DNA of 64,000 bases from Gammaproteobacteria bacterium (GCA_965215365.1 CBDCDS010000003.1:2560001-2624000), one strand, 5' to 3'; numbered from the stretch's first letter, positions 37,879-47,838 are shown. The notes: generated by a model from the letters alone, not told the origin. Numbers and translations: made by a program.

Positions 37879-38620
37879 GGGTACTGCGTTGCGCGTCCCA
37901 GTTGGCAGACCACACGATAGGTGGCATTTTATTGAAAGCTTCTTTCAGGTTTTTGTCCCAACTCCTTCTTATCTCACGTAAATATTCACTGTCTTCATTG
38001 AAACAGTAATATCGGTCCAAAGAGAAACTATCGGTATGGTAGATGAGCATCTCGATAGGCGGCCCCACGGTCATATTGCTCTTCATGGTGGAATCCATGG
38101 ACACCATGGCGCACAGCGCGACGGTTTCTAGGTTCAACGTCGGTTCCAGGATGCGATCCAGGATGGCCTTGCCGTACTTGTCCTCGCCTATCTGCAGATA
38201 CGGCGTGTTGGTGGAGGTGGTGATATGGTTGCCCTGGGGATAAACCAAGTGTACTTCCGGCGCGGCACCGGCAATCTGCCCGCCGATAATAAAACTGGTC
38301 TCATAGTTGACACCTGAGCCGGAATGCTTTTCCTGCTGCCGCATACTGACTGTGCCGATATAATCCGCCGCCTCACTCAGCCCCGGCACCGTCATCAGGT
38401 TCAGCGGCGCGTACTGATCCATATCCCTGCGTAACTGCTGCACCACCCCTTGGGTAGTGGCAAGATTACCCGCCGATAACAATACGAACTGCCGATCGCC
38501 CTGAGCCCCAAAGCGGTGCATCTTGCTGTACGTGCTGACATTGTCGATACCCGCATTAGTGCGGGAGTCGGACGTAAACACCAGCCCTGTCTCTGTCGTT
38601 ATGGCTACGCAATAGGTCAC
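37868..38620 (-). CDS. Proteasome-type Ntn peptidase (Anbu)
   Basis: TYCV N-terminal Thr, SDSRTNAG, AGNLATTQ, QIGEDKYGK, SMDSTMKSN. Confidence 0.92.
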   Translation of the reverse strand: MTYCVAITTETGLVFTSDSRTNAGIDNVSTYSKMHRFGAQGDRQFVLLSAGNLATTQGVVQQLRRDMDQYAPLNLMTVPGLSEAADYIGTVSMRQQEKHSGSGVNYETSFIIGGQIAGAAPEVHLVYPQGNHITTSTNTPYLQIGEDKYGKAILDRILEPTLNLETVALCAMVSMDSTMKSNMTVGPPIEMLIYHTDSFSLDRYYCFNEDSEYLREIRRSWDKNLKEAFNKMPPIVWSANWDAQRSTLNT

Positions 38621-38746
38621 AATACGCCTGCTTGATACTTGAGGTCACCTCTGATTTTAGAGACGCCCTTGAGGTTGAGTGATGCTGACTTTAGCGTTCT
38701 TTACCGCCCCCGGTCAAGAGGAAAGTTGCGACTCCGGTGAGCAACA

Positions 38747-39688
38747 TCAGAAATGCCTGTACCCCGTGGCTTGAGGGATATATTCACTGCCATCCCGATG
38801 CCGGCAGCGCAACCCTTGTTGCGCCGTGATCGCGCCGATACGGTAGTGCGGCTGGCCGAGCGGCGCCAGTGCCTGCGCCCGGTCTGGAGGGACGGTGAAG
38901 CACAGTTCGTAGTCATCACCACCGCTGAGGAGGTGGCGCCATTTTTGTGTGGGGTCGCACTTGTCATCCAGGCTTTCATGGTATGGGATCGCGTCAATAT
39001 CGAGCCGGGCGCCGACATGGCTGGCGTTGAGCAGGTGCCCCAGGTCGGCCAGCAGGCCGTCCGAGATGTCGATCATGGCACTGGCGATGCCACGTAGTGA
39101 GAGTCCCAGTGCCACGCGTGGCAGCGGGCGCAGCAAGCGGGTGAGGCAGGTTGGGTCGGGCTTGTGGCCGGACTTGAGTTGTGCCAACGCCCAAGCGGCG
39201 CTGCCCAGTGGACCGCTGATATAGATCAAATCGCCGGCCCTGGCACCACTGCGCCGCAGCGCCTGCCCTTGCAGGCACTCACCCAAGGCGCAGATAGTGA
39301 TGGCCGGCGGGCCTTGGCAGAGGTCGCCGCCTACCAGCGCGAGCTGATGTTCCCGGGCCAGTTGCGCCAGACCGGCGCTGAAACCGTCCAGCCAGGTATG
39401 GGTCGTTTCGGTCTCTGAAAGGGTCAGCGCCAAGGTAAACCAGCGCGGCGCGGCGCCCATGGCAGCCAGATCGCTGAGATTCACGGCGAGCGCCTTGTAA
39501 CCGATAGCGGCCGGCTCGGCCTCAGGGAAATAATGCACCCCGGCTACCAGAGTGTCGGTGGTAACCACCAGCTGGGAGCCCGGCGCAACGGCCAGTAGCG
39601 CGGCATCATCACCCACCCCCAGCGCCACCCCACGCCCTTCAGGAGTGAGCCGGGTAAAGTATTTTTCAATGAGCTCGAATTCTGTCAA
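38747..39688 (-). CDS. thiL: Thiamine-monophosphate kinase
   Basis: EFELIEKYF, GDDAA, NLSDLAAMG, DISDGL, GGDDYELCFT; TTG start just after nusB. Confidence 0.95.
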   Translation of the reverse strand: MTEFELIEKYFTRLTPEGRGVALGVGDDAALLAVAPGSQLVVTTDTLVAGVHYFPEAEPAAIGYKALAVNLSDLAAMGAAPRWFTLALTLSETETTHTWLDGFSAGLAQLAREHQLALVGGDLCQGPPAITICALGECLQGQALRRSGARAGDLIYISGPLGSAAWALAQLKSGHKPDPTCLTRLLRPLPRVALGLSLRGIASAMIDISDGLLADLGHLLNASHVGARLDIDAIPYHESLDDKCDPTQKWRHLLSGGDDYELCFTVPPDRAQALAPLGQPHYRIGAITAQQGLRCRHRDGSEYIPQATGYRHF

Positions 39689-39692
39689 GGGA

Positions 39693-40151
39693 CTACACAG
39701 TTGCGCGTTCCTGCGGCCGCAGTTGCCGCGCGGCGCGGTCCAGAACACCGTTGATGTACTTATAAGAATCTTCGGCGCCGAACATGCGCGCCAGTTCTAC
39801 GGACTCATTCAGCACGACCCGCACCGGCACTTGCGGCTGGTGCAGGAGTTCATACAGACCCAGGTGCAGCACCGCCCGGGTCACCGGGTCCAGTGCATCC
39901 GGTGCGCGGTCCAGCAACGGGGCCAAGGCATCGCTGAGTGCGCCGGCGTTGGCGGCAATGCCAGACAGCAGCTCGCGAAAATAGTCTCCATCGGCTTTTT
40001 TTATTTCCTTGCGTTCCTGTTCAAACTCGGCGATGATCGCGGACATTGGTTGTCCGGTCAACAACCACTGATACAACGCCTGCACGGCAGAACGCCGCGC
40101 CCGCACCCGGGCCGATGGATTGACCTTCTTGATTTTAGTCTTCTCTGTCAT
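39693..40151 (-). CDS. nusB: Transcription antitermination factor NusB
   Basis: RARRSAVQALYQW, VVLNESVELA, YINGVLD. Confidence 0.95.
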   Translation of the reverse strand: MTEKTKIKKVNPSARVRARRSAVQALYQWLLTGQPMSAIIAEFEQERKEIKKADGDYFRELLSGIAANAGALSDALAPLLDRAPDALDPVTRAVLHLGLYELLHQPQVPVRVVLNESVELARMFGAEDSYKYINGVLDRAARQLRPQERATV

Positions 40152-41245
40152 CTGCGCGTTTTATATATAAATTTCCAGTCTGCCTCGAGGCGCTGGTAAT
40201 CTACCAATTCCAGTTCCCAGCGCTGCTCCATGCGCGTCAGGGTGGGGAGCGCCGCCATGCCGACGGCGGTGCAACCCAGTATCACCGGCGCCTGATACAC
40301 CACCAGTTCGTCGAGCAGACCGTGTTGCAACAGGCTGCCGGTCAGCGTGGCGCCAGCCTCCAGTAACAGGTCGTTCACCTCGTAGTCCCGCGCCAGCATC
40401 CGTAACACGTTGTCAGCAAATTCGTCCTTGCCGCCCGCAACAAGGCGCACCTCGGCACCGGCGCGCACCAGCTCCTCACGGCGCCGTTCATCCCCATTAC
40501 GGGTAAACACGATGGTGGCGCCGTCCAGGCTCAGCATCCGGGCCGCAGCGGGAAAGCGCAAGGCGCGGTCCAGCACTACGCGCAGCGGTTGCCTGCCGCC
40601 GGTGTCACAAGCCCGCACGTTCAGGCGCGGGTCATCGGCAAGCACGGTGTTGATGCCGGTCATCACTGCCGAACTTGCTGCGCGCAAGGCTTGCACATCG
40701 CGGCGGGAGGCGGCGCCGGTAATCCAGCGGCTCTCGCCCCCGGCCAATGCCGTTTTGCCATCAAGGCTGATGGCGGACTTGGCGCGCAAGTATGGGCGGG
40801 CGCGAGTCATCCTAGAAAAAAAACCCTTGTTCAGCGCCGTTGCCGCCGGTTCCATAAGGCCGGTTTCAACCTTGATGCCGGCGTCGCGCAGCGCGCTGAG
40901 GCCGGCGCCCGCCACTTGCGGATTCGGGTCGCGCACGGCTGCCACAACCCGGCTGATCCCGGCCTGAATCAGAGCGGTGGTACAGGGCGGCGTGCGTCCC
41001 TGGTGAGCGCAGGGCTCCAGCGTGACGTAAACGGTGGCGCCGTGCAAATTGCCGCTGGCGTCGCGCAACGCGTTGAGCTCGGCATGGGGTTCTCCGGCCC
41101 GGCGATGCCAGCCGCAACCCAGTATGGCTCCATCCCTGGCGACCACGCACCCTACCCTGGGATTGGGGTGGGTGGTAAAGCAGCCGCGTGCGGCCAGTTC
41201 CAAAGCGCGTGCCATACAGGCAGAATCGGCGGCGCTCCAGGCCAT
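40148..41245 (-). CDS. ribD: Bifunctional riboflavin deaminase/reductase
   Basis: PNPRVGCV, HAE, TLEPCAH..TPPC, SLDGK. Confidence 0.95.
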   Translation of the reverse strand: MAWSAADSACMARALELAARGCFTTHPNPRVGCVVARDGAILGCGWHRRAGEPHAELNALRDASGNLHGATVYVTLEPCAHQGRTPPCTTALIQAGISRVVAAVRDPNPQVAGAGLSALRDAGIKVETGLMEPAATALNKGFFSRMTRARPYLRAKSAISLDGKTALAGGESRWITGAASRRDVQALRAASSAVMTGINTVLADDPRLNVRACDTGGRQPLRVVLDRALRFPAAARMLSLDGATIVFTRNGDERRREELVRAGAEVRLVAGGKDEFADNVLRMLARDYEVNDLLLEAGATLTGSLLQHGLLDELVVYQAPVILGCTAVGMAALPTLTRMEQRWELELVDYQRLEADWKFIYKTRR

Positions 41246-41751
41246 CAATTGCTGGTTTCGTTGAGCAGGTCCAACTGTGATTTTTTCAGTTCCGGGGGCA
41301 TTTCACTTTCCAGTCGCGCGATCTCATCGAGAAACTCCCTGACATCGTCAAAACTCTGGTACACGGAAGCAAAGCGGAGATAGGCGACCTCATCGACAGA
41401 TTTCAGTTCTTCCATCACCCACTCCCCCACCTTCCCGGACTTGACTTCGCGCTCTCCTAGGGAACGCAGCTTGTGCTTGATGTGAGCAATAGCTATCTCC
41501 ACCTTCTGCGTTGTCACCGGGCGTTTTTCTAGGGAACGTAATATACCGGCGCGCAGCTTGTCCTCCGTGAACTGCTCGCGCCGGCCATCGGACTTGATGA
41601 TGCGGGGGTAGCTGAATTCCGCGGCCTCGTAAGTGGTAAAACGTTCCTTGCACTCCAAGCACTCGCGCCGTCGCCGCACCTGATCACCCTCATCGGCCAG
41701 CCTGGAATCGATGACCCGGGTATCTTCATAAGAGCAGAACGGACAGCGCAT
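41245..41751 (-). CDS. nrdR: Transcriptional repressor NrdR
   Basis: [23 protein letters not shown] cone, AYLRFASVY. Confidence 0.97.
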   Translation of the reverse strand: MRCPFCSYEDTRVIDSRLADEGDQVRRRRECLECKERFTTYEAAEFSYPRIIKSDGRREQFTEDKLRAGILRSLEKRPVTTQKVEIAIAHIKHKLRSLGEREVKSGKVGEWVMEELKSVDEVAYLRFASVYQSFDDVREFLDEIARLESEMPPELKKSQLDLLNETSN

Positions 41752-41774
41752 GATGCTGATTGGCGTCGGGGAGG

Positions 41775-43028
41775 TCAGCCATACATCGGAAACCGCTTAC
41801 ACAAGGCCTGCGCTGCGCTTTTGACTCTGCCCAGTAGCGCGTCGTCACCCATGTTATCGATCACATCGCAGATCCAGTTGGCCACTTCGGCCGCCTCGGC
41901 TTCCTTGAAACCACGGGTGGTAATCGACGGCGTGCCGATGCGGATGCCGCTGGTCACAAATGGCGAGTGCGGGTCATTCGGCACGGCATTCTTGTTGACG
42001 GTGATATGCGCCCGATCCAGCGCTGCATCCAGCTCCTTGCCGGTGATGCCCTTGCCGATCAAGCTGACCAGAAATAAGTGGTTGTCGGTGCCGCCGGAGA
42101 CAATATCCACACCGCGCTGCATGAATACCGAGGCCATGGCGCGCGCATTCGCGATGACCTGTTGCTGGTAGGCTTTGAACGCCGGCTCCATGGCTTCCTT
42201 GAACGCCACGGCCTTGGCCGCGATGACATGCATCAAGGGGCCGCCCTGGTAGCTGGGAAACACGGTGAAATTCAGTTTTTTCTCTATCTCCGGGTTGGCC
42301 CGGGCTAGGATCAGACCGGCGCGCGGGCCGCGCAAAGTTTTGTGGGTGGTGGTGGTGGTGACATCCGCAATCTGCACCGGGCTGGGATACAAACCGGTGG
42401 CGATCAAGCCGGCGACATGGGCAATATCAGCGACCAGATAGGCACCCACTTTATCGGCGATCTCCCGGAAGCGCGGCCAGTCCAGCTTGCGTGAATACGC
42501 GGAAAACCCGGTCATAACCAGCTTCGGCCGGTGTTCCAGGGCCAGCTGTTCTGCCGCGTCATAATCGATCTCGCCGGTGTCCGTATTCAGGCCGTACTGC
42601 ACCGCCCGGTAAACGCGCCCGGAGACATTGACCGAGGCGCCGTGGGTCAGGTGCCCGCCGTGCGCCAGACTCATGCCCATGATGGTGTCGCCCGGCTGGC
42701 ACAGTGCCAGATATACGGCACCGTTGGCCTGGGAGCCGGAATGCGGCTGTACATTGGCATAATCGGCGTCGAACAACTGTTTGGCGCGGTCAATGGCAAG
42801 CTGCTCGACCACATCCACGTACTCACAGCCACCGTAGTAGCGCTTGCCGGGATAGCCCTCGGCATACTTGTTGGTCAGCACCGAACCCTGCGCTTCCAGC
42901 ACCCTGGGGCTGACGTTATTTTCCGACGCAATCAGTTCGATGTGTTCTTCCTGCCGGGTGCGCTCGCCTTGCATAGCCTGATAGAGCGCCTCGTCGTAAC
43001 CGGCAATGTTCATGTTGTTATTGAACAT
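41775..43028 (-). CDS. glyA: Serine hydroxymethyltransferase
   Basis: [33 protein letters not shown]. Confidence 0.98.
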   Translation of the reverse strand: MFNNNMNIAGYDEALYQAMQGERTRQEEHIELIASENNVSPRVLEAQGSVLTNKYAEGYPGKRYYGGCEYVDVVEQLAIDRAKQLFDADYANVQPHSGSQANGAVYLALCQPGDTIMGMSLAHGGHLTHGASVNVSGRVYRAVQYGLNTDTGEIDYDAAEQLALEHRPKLVMTGFSAYSRKLDWPRFREIADKVGAYLVADIAHVAGLIATGLYPSPVQIADVTTTTTHKTLRGPRAGLILARANPEIEKKLNFTVFPSYQGGPLMHVIAAKAVAFKEAMEPAFKAYQQQVIANARAMASVFMQRGVDIVSGGTDNHLFLVSLIGKGITGKELDAALDRAHITVNKNAVPNDPHSPFVTSGIRIGTPSITTRGFKEAEAAEVANWICDVIDNMGDDALLGRVKSAAQALCKRFPMYG

Positions 43029-43108
43029 GCTTCACCCTGTCTTTGAGATTGAAACCCTATTATAAAGTATTATGGGGACATCCGTGGCACCTGAGCAGAG
43101 GTGACAGG

Positions 43109-44326
43109 CTACTCATGCTTCTGCAAGACTAGGCGGTAGCATTGCAGGCGGTTGCGCAGGAAGCAATGGGCGGAACCCCACAGGTAAAGGCGGAAACGGC
43201 GGTAGTCGGCTTCACCGAATTTGTTGATGATGAATTCGCGGTTGGAGTCGAAGCGCTGAGCCCAGTGGCGAAACGTCAGGTAGTAACTGTACCGGTCATC
43301 CCAAACTCCTTTGAGGTCGAAGGGCTTGAGCGCCAGCGCGCGCAGGAAATCGTGCAGAACGAAGAAAGAGTGGTTACCCGGATAGATGTGTCTGGTAATA
43401 AACGATGACTTCTGGTATTTGCGCGGGATGGCGCTGGCATCCAGAAACACGTAGCCGCCGGGCTTGAGCAGGCGGTCAAAACAGGCCAGTACCGCGTCAT
43501 AATTCGGCAGGTGCTCCATCACCCCGAGAATGGCAATCGCGTCGAATTGCCGGTCGGGGCGATACTCCAGCACATCCACCAGCTCGGTGGTTATCGGCAG
43601 GTCTGTCTGCGCAACCAGTTCCTGCATGAACTTCAGGGATTGTTCGGCAATGGTAACGCCGGTCACCCGTATGCCCCGACGCGCCGCGTATTCCGCAAAC
43701 GAACCCCAGCCCACACCTATGTCCAGCACCTCACTGCCGGGCGTCATCCGGCACTGTTCGAGAATGAATGCCATTTTGCGGCGTATCGCATCGGACAACA
43801 GCTCGTCGGGAGTCTCGAATATACCTTGGGTATAGCAACGGAATTCCTCGTCCAGGAATGAGAGGTAGAAGGAATGGTCGCGTTCATAGTGCGCGCCGAT
43901 CGCCTTCCGGTTGACGGCAACCTGTCCCAGCAGCAACGGCGACAGCGCGCGCCACAGCCGCATCAACAGGTGGCGATCCTGCAAGTGTGTGCGCAAGTCA
44001 TAGACTTCGATGATGTTCCCCTGCACATCAAACCAGCCGTTGATGTAGGCGTTGGCGATGACCCCCTCGTCAAACGTGGCAATGGCGCGCACCGCCCTGG
44101 GGTCGGCGATATCCAGCCTGAAACCGGGCGCGCCGGCGCCGATATGATGCTTGCTGCCATCCGGCAACACCAGCTCGAAACAGACCGGGCTGGTGCCGAA
44201 GCGCCGGGACATCAACTGTACCAGCCGCGCTGCTTGTTGTTGCAAGCTACTGTTTGCCGTTACCGGCAAGGCGCGCCCGCCGGATTGTTGAGAGTTATCA
44301 ACGGCATCCTCTACAATATGTGCCAT
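43109..44326 (-). CDS. Cyclopropane-fatty-acyl-phospholipid synthase-like SAM methyltransferase
   Basis: IGAHYE, VLDIGVGWGS, GVMEH, FITRHIYPG, FRLYLWGSA. Confidence 0.8.
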   Translation of the reverse strand: MAHIVEDAVDNSQQSGGRALPVTANSSLQQQAARLVQLMSRRFGTSPVCFELVLPDGSKHHIGAGAPGFRLDIADPRAVRAIATFDEGVIANAYINGWFDVQGNIIEVYDLRTHLQDRHLLMRLWRALSPLLLGQVAVNRKAIGAHYERDHSFYLSFLDEEFRCYTQGIFETPDELLSDAIRRKMAFILEQCRMTPGSEVLDIGVGWGSFAEYAARRGIRVTGVTIAEQSLKFMQELVAQTDLPITTELVDVLEYRPDRQFDAIAILGVMEHLPNYDAVLACFDRLLKPGGYVFLDASAIPRKYQKSSFITRHIYPGNHSFFVLHDFLRALALKPFDLKGVWDDRYSYYLTFRHWAQRFDSNREFIINKFGEADYRRFRLYLWGSAHCFLRNRLQCYRLVLQKHE

Positions 44327-44417
44327 ACTATACCGAACCCTTTGTTGCTCTAGGTTAGCCCGCAGGGGGCGCCCCAAGGAAGGGGCGCATCACAAAATCC
44401 GCCGCGATCTTCGCATC

Positions 44418-44440
44418 ACTTAGTGAGATATGCGGGTTAG
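44418..44440. repeat. 23-bp dispersed repeat, copy 2
   Basis: Matches 9295-9317. Confidence 0.7.
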
Positions 44441-44467
44441 AGTATTGCAAACGGGTTGCTATGACAA
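44439..44467 (-). promoter_or_regulatory. Putative sigma70 promoter of cfa-like gene
   Basis: TTGTCA-N17-TACTCT on minus strand, 5 bp from the IS right end. Confidence 0.55.
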
Positions 44468-44481
44468 CCCCGTGTCCAGGT

Positions 44482-45507
44482 TCAATACATATGAGACTCA
44501 GAGGCAGGCTGTGTGAGTTGTTGATAATACTCCATTGGGGTTAATAAACCAATACCGTCATGCGGGCGGTAGGTATTGTAGTATTGCTGATACTCTGCCA
44601 GTTTGCGGTTGATGGCGGCCACGGTCAGTGGGCCCTCGTAGAACGGATAGAACTCATAGCGGCTGGTGGCATTGGCGCGTTCTACACAGCCGTTGTATTC
44701 GGGTTTTTTCGGGGGCAGCACGTACAGGGGGATTCCTAAGTCCTGGCAAGCCTGCTCGAACTCATCTCGGAACTCCGAGCCGCCATCGACCTGGATAGAA
44801 CGGATGGGAAACGGCGCCTCACCGAGCAGCGCTTTTAAGAAGCGCCGGGCATTGCCACTGGTGGCCCGACTGTAGGCTCGCAGCGCACTCCATTTGCTCA
44901 CCGGACAGACGGCCTTGAACTCCTTCACCGTGATGCCGTCCGTGAAGCCGACACTCATGTGGTCTATCTGCATCAACTCCCCTGGCGCCTTAGCCTTCAT
45001 CCCGTAGCGCCAGCGCTTGGCATGATGGGTAAACGCCCGGCGGCGCTTAGGCTTCACCCGGCCATAGTAAAACGCCACCGGCTTGACCCGACCCAGCCGC
45101 ACCAGCTTCGCCACGATGCGCCCGACCGTACTCTCGCTCAAAGTCCAGCCCTGCTCGCGCACCCCCACCCGCCAGAGCTTACGCTTACCCCATAACGGAT
45201 AACGTTGGCGAAGGTGCAAGACCTGCTGCTCGTGCTGGCGCGTCCATTGCGGCACACGCCGCCGCCGCGGCGCACGAGAGCCACACCCCAGACCCTTCAG
45301 CCCATGTTCACGATACCGCTTCAACCAACGGTAGTAGGTCGCCCTCGACCAACCTACTGCTGCCAGTGCCGTCGCCTCACCACACCCATCCTCGCGTAAC
45401 GTCGCAACCAATTCCAACTGCTTCAAACGACCGCGCGCGTCAGCATCGGTAGTATCATCGACGCGCCAACTGCGATATGATTTCACCCGCAGGCTTTTGA
45501 TCTGCAT
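44482..45507 (-). CDS. IS481-family DDE transposase
   Basis: HTH (SRATYYRW), PGELMQID, IQVDGGSEF, NGCVER, YNTYRPH; AGGAGG before ATG 45507. Confidence 0.92.
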   Translation of the reverse strand: MQIKSLRVKSYRSWRVDDTTDADARGRLKQLELVATLREDGCGEATALAAVGWSRATYYRWLKRYREHGLKGLGCGSRAPRRRRVPQWTRQHEQQVLHLRQRYPLWGKRKLWRVGVREQGWTLSESTVGRIVAKLVRLGRVKPVAFYYGRVKPKRRRAFTHHAKRWRYGMKAKAPGELMQIDHMSVGFTDGITVKEFKAVCPVSKWSALRAYSRATSGNARRFLKALLGEAPFPIRSIQVDGGSEFRDEFEQACQDLGIPLYVLPPKKPEYNGCVERANATSRYEFYPFYEGPLTVAAINRKLAEYQQYYNTYRPHDGIGLLTPMEYYQQLTQPASESHMY

Positions 45508-45570
45508 CGGGTAGTCCTCCTGTGTCAATTAGTTGAGATTAATTCACACACAGACTACCCGATTTCTTTA
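45476..45570 (+). ncRNA. Candidate IS antisense RNA (RNA-OUT-like) over transposase RBS/start
   Basis: TATGAT at 45476-45481, then stem ATCGGGTAGTC (45506-45516)/GACTACCCGAT (45553-45563) followed by TTCTTT; inference only. Confidence 0.4.
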
Positions 45571-45621
45571 TCTAAAGAGTCTCACTTGTTTCTGAACCCG
45601 GACACCCCGAAAGCATTTTCC

Positions 45622-46341
45622 ATGAACCATTCCCAAGATAATATCGACCCGAATAATATCAGTCCGGCAGAGGTTGCCAAATTCGAGCGCCTCGCGCAGC
45701 ACTGGTGGGACGCCTCCGGGCCCATGCAAACCCTGCATGACATCAACCCGGCGCGGCTCGCCTATATCAGCGCGCAGGTGTCGCTGCCAGGTCGGCGCGT
45801 GCTGGATGTGGGTTGTGGCGGCGGCATCCTGACGGAAGCTCTGGCGCGCCAGGGCGCGAATGTACAGGGACTGGATGCCGGCGCGGAGATCATCCGGGTG
45901 GCGCAGCAACACGCGCTGGACACCGGCCTAGAGATAGCCTACAGCAACGCTGCACTGGAGGATTTTGTCGGCAACAATAGCGACAATTTTGAGGTCATCA
46001 CCTGCATGGAACTGCTGGAACATGTGCCGGATCCGGAACAGTTATTGCGCGCCTGCGGGCGGGCACTGGCGCCCGGCGGCCACCTGTTCCTGGCCACCAT
46101 CAACCGCAACCTGAAATCCTATGCCAGCGCTATCCTGGGCGCGGAACGACTGTTACGGCTGCTGCCCGCTGGCACCCATGACTACGCCGCCTTCATCCGC
46201 CCGGCGGAGCTGCAACGCTGGCTGCGCCGCGCCGGTTTCAAGACGCTGGATATCAGCGGCATGTTGTATGTCCCCGGCCTCAGGTACTGCGCCCTGATTG
46301 ACGACCCGGGCGTTAATTACCTGGTTCATGCGCGGCGATGA
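45622..46341 (+). CDS. ubiG: Ubiquinone biosynthesis O-methyltransferase
   Basis: EVAKF..LA..WWD, LHDINPARL, VLDVGCGGGIL, CMELLEHVPDP. Confidence 0.95.
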   Translation: MNHSQDNIDPNNISPAEVAKFERLAQHWWDASGPMQTLHDINPARLAYISAQVSLPGRRVLDVGCGGGILTEALARQGANVQGLDAGAEIIRVAQQHALDTGLEIAYSNAALEDFVGNNSDNFEVITCMELLEHVPDPEQLLRACGRALAPGGHLFLATINRNLKSYASAILGAERLLRLLPAGTHDYAAFIRPAELQRWLRRAGFKTLDISGMLYVPGLRYCALIDDPGVNYLVHARR

Positions 46342-47003
46342 ACAAGCACATCAAATGCGTGCTGTTCGATCTGGACGGCACCCTGGTGGACACCGCCCCG
46401 GACATGGCTTTTGCGCTGAACCAGACCTTGCTCAGGCATGGCCGGGCGCCGTTGCCGGCGGCAGTGATTCGCCCCAGCGTTTCCATGGGCGGCGTAGCGC
46501 TGGTGAAACTGGCTTTTCGGCTGGACGAGGCCGATCCGGCGTTTACCGGGCTGCGTGATGAATTTCTGACAATCTACCGGGCCAACCTGTGCCGGGACAG
46601 CCGTCTGTTTCCCGGCATGGAACAGGTGTTGAGCACACTGGAGCAAAGCGGCCTTAGCTGGGGCATTGTCACGAACAAACCAGGCTGGCTGACCCAGCCG
46701 CTGATGCAGGCGTTGGCGCTGGATACCCGCGCCCCCTGCATCGTTTCCGGCGACACGTTGACACAACGCAAACCGCACCCCGCACCCCTGCTCCATGCCT
46801 GCCGACTGCTGCGCCGGACACCGGAGGAAACCGTCTATGTCGGTGACGACCGACGCGACATGCAGGCCGGCAACAGTGCTGGCACCGCCACGCTGGCCGC
46901 AGCCTATGGCTATATCGGCCCCGGCGAAGACCCGCACAGCTGGGGCGCGGACGGCTTGCTGGAGCATCCGCAACAAATCCTGCCCTGGCTTGGTCGGCAA
47001 TGA
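46338..47003 (+). CDS. gph: HAD phosphatase (phosphoglycolate phosphatase/MupP-like)
   Basis: FDLDGTLVDT, VTNKP, KPHPAP, YVGDD; ubiG-gph synteny. Confidence 0.85.
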   Translation: MNKHIKCVLFDLDGTLVDTAPDMAFALNQTLLRHGRAPLPAAVIRPSVSMGGVALVKLAFRLDEADPAFTGLRDEFLTIYRANLCRDSRLFPGMEQVLSTLEQSGLSWGIVTNKPGWLTQPLMQALALDTRAPCIVSGDTLTQRKPHPAPLLHACRLLRRTPEETVYVGDDRRDMQAGNSAGTATLAAAYGYIGPGEDPHSWGADGLLEHPQQILPWLGRQ

Positions 47004-47013
47004 GCCCAAGGCA

Positions 47014-47838
47014 ATGAGCCCGGAGGAATACTGTCGCAACAAGGCCGCGCCAGCCGGTTCCAACCTGTATTACGCCGGCTTGTACCACCCACGGCAACAA
47101 CGGCGTCGACTGCATGCCTTGTTCGCCTTGTTGCATGAACTTAATGTGGTCGTCTATCGCGCCTCAGACCCCGGCGCCGCGCGGGTTACCCTGTACTGGT
47201 GGCTGGAAGAGCTCGGCAGGTTGTTTGCCGGCGCCGCCAGACATCCCGTTACCCGGGAGCTGAGCGCACTTGAGTATGCAGATTACCTCTCACCACAGGC
47301 GCTGTCAGGCTGTGTCGCAACTTTGTCACGGTTGCTCGACATGCCAGAGAGCGGCCCCTACCGGGACTGGCTGGCGCGCCATGAGGCCGGCGCCGGTTAC
47401 ATCTGGGAGGCGGCAGGGCGAGCCTGTGGCGACAGCAACCAGGAGCAGCTCGCGGCGCTGGCCCGCGCCGGCGCCTGTCACGGCGCGTTCGAACTGCTGC
47501 ACCATAGCAACGGCCTTGCCGGCCTGGGGCTCAATGTCTTCCCGTCCGACCTGCTGGCCGCCCGGCATCTCAGCTTGGACACTGTGGTCGGGTCTGACGC
47601 CGGCGCCCACTCGCAAGAGTTCTTCAACGCGCTGTTTCAACAACTGCACGATGAGCTGCGCGACTGCCGGAACGCCCTGCAACAAACCGCGCCCCGCCCG
47701 CCCCTGTTCTCACTCACCCTGCTGGAGATACTGCGCATCCTGTGCCGCAAATACCAGCGCGCCAGACCGCCGATTACTCATCAACATCAGGGCCTGACTC
47801 CCTTAAGAAAACTCTGGCTGGCGTGGCAGGCACGATAA
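47014..47838 (+). CDS. Squalene/phytoene synthase (HpnD-like) family protein with degenerate Asp motifs
   Basis: MSPEEYC..KAA..GS..YY, SDPGAAR..L.WW.EE, HPVTR, LTPLRKLWLAW; DDxxD replaced by NVVVY. Confidence 0.75.
   Translation: MSPEEYCRNKAAPAGSNLYYAGLYHPRQQRRRLHALFALLHELNVVVYRASDPGAARVTLYWWLEELGRLFAGAARHPVTRELSALEYADYLSPQALSGCVATLSRLLDMPESGPYRDWLARHEAGAGYIWEAAGRACGDSNQEQLAALARAGACHGAFELLHHSNGLAGLGLNVFPSDLLAARHLSLDTVVGSDAGAHSQEFFNALFQQLHDELRDCRNALQQTAPRPPLFSLTLLEILRILCRKYQRARPPITHQHQGLTPLRKLWLAWQAR

Larger units (their letters stand above)
44473..45604 (-). mobile_element. Intact IS481-family element, 1132 bp, 5-bp target duplication CCCCG
   Basis: Termini TGT...ACA with imperfect IRs TGTCCAGGTTCAATACATATGAGACTC / TGTCCGGGTTCAGAAACAAGTGAGACTC; CCCCG at 44468-44472 and 45605-45609. 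Confidence 0.9.
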
